Program-made: the position numbers and the translations under genes
The notes under the pieces: model-generated
What the model was told of the DNA's origin: nothing
What the model saw: the letters and a program-made list of their open reading frames with translations, nothing else
The model's database searches: none
DNA from: Bradyrhizobium sp.
Lineage (GTDB): Bacteria > Pseudomonadota > Alphaproteobacteria > Rhizobiales > Xanthobacteraceae
NCBI GenBank assembly: GCA_041495185.1
Contig: JBGQCE010000001.1
Location: forward strand, 1 to 36,085
Direction: 5' to 3'
DNA length: 36,085 nucleotides
In this document: one piece after another, positions 34,674-36,085 of the stretch
Layout: each line of letters begins with the position of its first letter
Position numbering within the stretch: the first letter of the stretch is position 1

Positions 34674-35704
34674 TCCCGGTTCTGAAAGTCATCGCTCCGG
34701 GTTTCCACACCACCATCCAGGACGAAGGACGGCGCGGCTTCCAGCATGTCGGCGTTCCCGTGTCGGGCGCGCTCGACCGCAACGGCTACACCCTCGCCAA
34801 CGCGCTGGCGGGAAACACCCAGGGCTCCGCCTGTCTGGAAATCATAGGCTCCGGCCCCGAACTCGAAGTCGTAGGTTCATCCGTGCGTATCGCGCTGGTC
34901 GGCAGCGGCGGCGGTCTTGAGATCAATGGGCGCAGCGACCCGCTCGTCCGTTCGGGTCAAACCGCACGTGTCACCAGGGGTGAAATCGTGCGCGTGCGGC
35001 TCGGCGGTGATGCATTCTGTTCGTATCTCGCCATCGAAGGCGGCTTCAACGTGCCGCTTTGCCTCGGCAGCAGATCGACCTATACCCGCGCCGGCTTTGG
35101 CGGCTTCTCGGGACGGCAGCTTCGAAGCGGCGACACGCTGCACGGATACACCGACGACGTCGCGGCGCGTGACGAAGTGACTTTCAACGAGGAGCGCAAC
35201 CTTCGTCTCGATCAACCGATCCGCGTCGTGCTTGGGCCGCAAGACGATTACTTCACCGAACGGGCTATTCAGGAATTCCTGCACGGCGCCTACACTATTA
35301 CGCCGGCATCCGATCGCATGGGGTTTCGCCTCGCCGGGCCGCTCCTTGAGCACAAGAACGACTATAACATCGTATCGGATGGAATCGTCACCGGATCGAT
35401 TCAGGTGCCAGGGTCGAAACTGCCTATCGTCCTCATGGCGGATGCGCAGACCACCGGCGGCTATCCGAAGATTGCCACGGTCATTTCGGCGGACTTACCG
35501 CTCCTCGGAGTACGCGGCACCGGCCGCACCGTAAGATTTCAATTGGTGTCGCGCGAGGACGCCGAGAAGATTCGTCGTGCCGAGCATCAACGGCTCCTGG
35601 ACGTCATCCGCGACATCCGTCCTGTGAGCGAATCCAAAGGCATCAGCATCGAAGCCTTGTACAATCAAAACCTGATTGACGGCGTCGTCGACGCAAACAT
35701 CTGA
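34670..35704 (+). CDS. pxpC: 5-oxoprolinase subunit C-like (KipA/allophanate hydrolase subunit 2 family)
   Basis: TTIQDEGR, GVPVSGALD, LGSRST, GPQ, SDRMGFRL, GSIQVP and DAQTTGGYPKIA; GTGA overlap with pxpB. Confidence 0.93.
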   Translation: MIPVLKVIAPGFHTTIQDEGRRGFQHVGVPVSGALDRNGYTLANALAGNTQGSACLEIIGSGPELEVVGSSVRIALVGSGGGLEINGRSDPLVRSGQTARVTRGEIVRVRLGGDAFCSYLAIEGGFNVPLCLGSRSTYTRAGFGGFSGRQLRSGDTLHGYTDDVAARDEVTFNEERNLRLDQPIRVVLGPQDDYFTERAIQEFLHGAYTITPASDRMGFRLAGPLLEHKNDYNIVSDGIVTGSIQVPGSKLPIVLMADAQTTGGYPKIATVISADLPLLGVRGTGRTVRFQLVSREDAEKIRRAEHQRLLDVIRDIRPVSESKGISIEALYNQNLIDGVVDANI

Positions 35705-35732
35705 CGCCGTCCTCGACGCTGTTCAGTGAGCT

Positions 35733-35756
35733 ATCACTCCTGCTTGCAGGAGTGAT
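35733..35756. terminator. Perfect hairpin between convergent genes (possible bidirectional terminator)
   Basis: ATCACTCCTG-CTTG-CAGGAGTGAT; no U-tract on either side. Confidence 0.5.
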
Positions 35757-35778
35757 CTGACGCGCGATGCAGGTTGCG

Positions 35779-36085
35779 CTACACGACCGCGAACGCGACG
35801 CCTTCGCCGGTGCCGATTGAAATGCCAACCTGCGCGCCAACGGGCCAGCGTGTCATTGCTTCATGTCCGGCCGAGCGCACCAACAACCGTTCACGGAAAG
35901 GATCCATGCATTCCACAAACAAGTCGACGTGCCCGCCCTGATACACTTGCGCGACGATGGTACCTCTCCTCGCGCAAGGCTCGCTGGCTTCGGTGACCCG
36001 GAGATGTTCGGGTCGAACATACAAATCGACTGGCGCAGACGCCGCAACGTCCAGCAAGGGCCCCGGCGGCACTTTAACCCGTACA
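35779..36085 (-). CDS. ABC transporter ATP-binding protein, C-terminal TOBE-like part (5' end outside the window)
   Basis: Frame open to the window edge; VRPEHLRV...GTIVAQVYQGG typical of PotA/MalK-type C-termini. Confidence 0.7.
   Translation of the reverse strand, partial: VRVKVPPGPLLDVAASAPVDLYVRPEHLRVTEASEPCARRGTIVAQVYQGGHVDLFVECMDPFRERLLVRSAGHEAMTRWPVGAQVGISIGTGEGVAFAVV

Noticed and set aside
33948-35704. Urea carboxylase/allophanate hydrolase or KipI-KipA sporulation regulators
   Set aside because: There is no biotin carboxylase or biotinyl domain, and a LamB/YcsF gene in the same regulon supports PxpABC.
1-36085. CRISPR arrays, tRNA/rRNA genes, riboswitches, prophage or defence genes
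   Set aside because: None recognised by eye. Intergenic spaces are short and lack spaced repeats. An Rfam/Infernal scan would be needed to exclude small RNAs in 5146-5496, 8390-8677, 10864-11044 and 33730-33890.

Overview
GC-rich alphaproteobacterial DNA (Bradyrhizobium/Nitrobacteraceae-like by gene content; inference) with two blocks separated by a degraded insertion-sequence remnant at about 11.0-11.3 kb. Block 1 (1-10.9 kb) is a type II secretion cluster (gspE-F-G-H-I-J-K on the minus strand, divergent lipoprotein-type gspD), followed by a Sel1-repeat protein and a ~709-aa exported alkaline-phosphatase-superfamily-like protein. Pho-box-like direct repeats lie upstream of gspE and the exported protein. 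Block 2 (11.4-35.7 kb) is a compact catabolic cluster. It encodes a GntR/UTRA regulator, a xanthine-dehydrogenase-family molybdenum hydroxylase (L, M, and an S subunit fused to CoxG), 5-oxoprolinase-like PxpA/B/C, a coenzyme F420 module (fbiC, cofC, cofD, cofE, npdG), an LLM-class oxidoreductase, a two-subunit CoA-transferase, an unusual fold-type II PLP enzyme, L-serine dehydratase and a Liv-type ABC importer. One 26-bp AT-rich motif (CTA-N4-TAG-N5-TAG core) occurs upstream of all five catabolic transcription units, suggesting a single regulon. The best candidate for an undescribed system is an F420-dependent N-heterocycle (or heterocyclic amino acid) degradation pathway in a proteobacterium. 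The substrate cannot be determined from sequence. The window ends in the 3' part of a convergent ABC ATPase gene.
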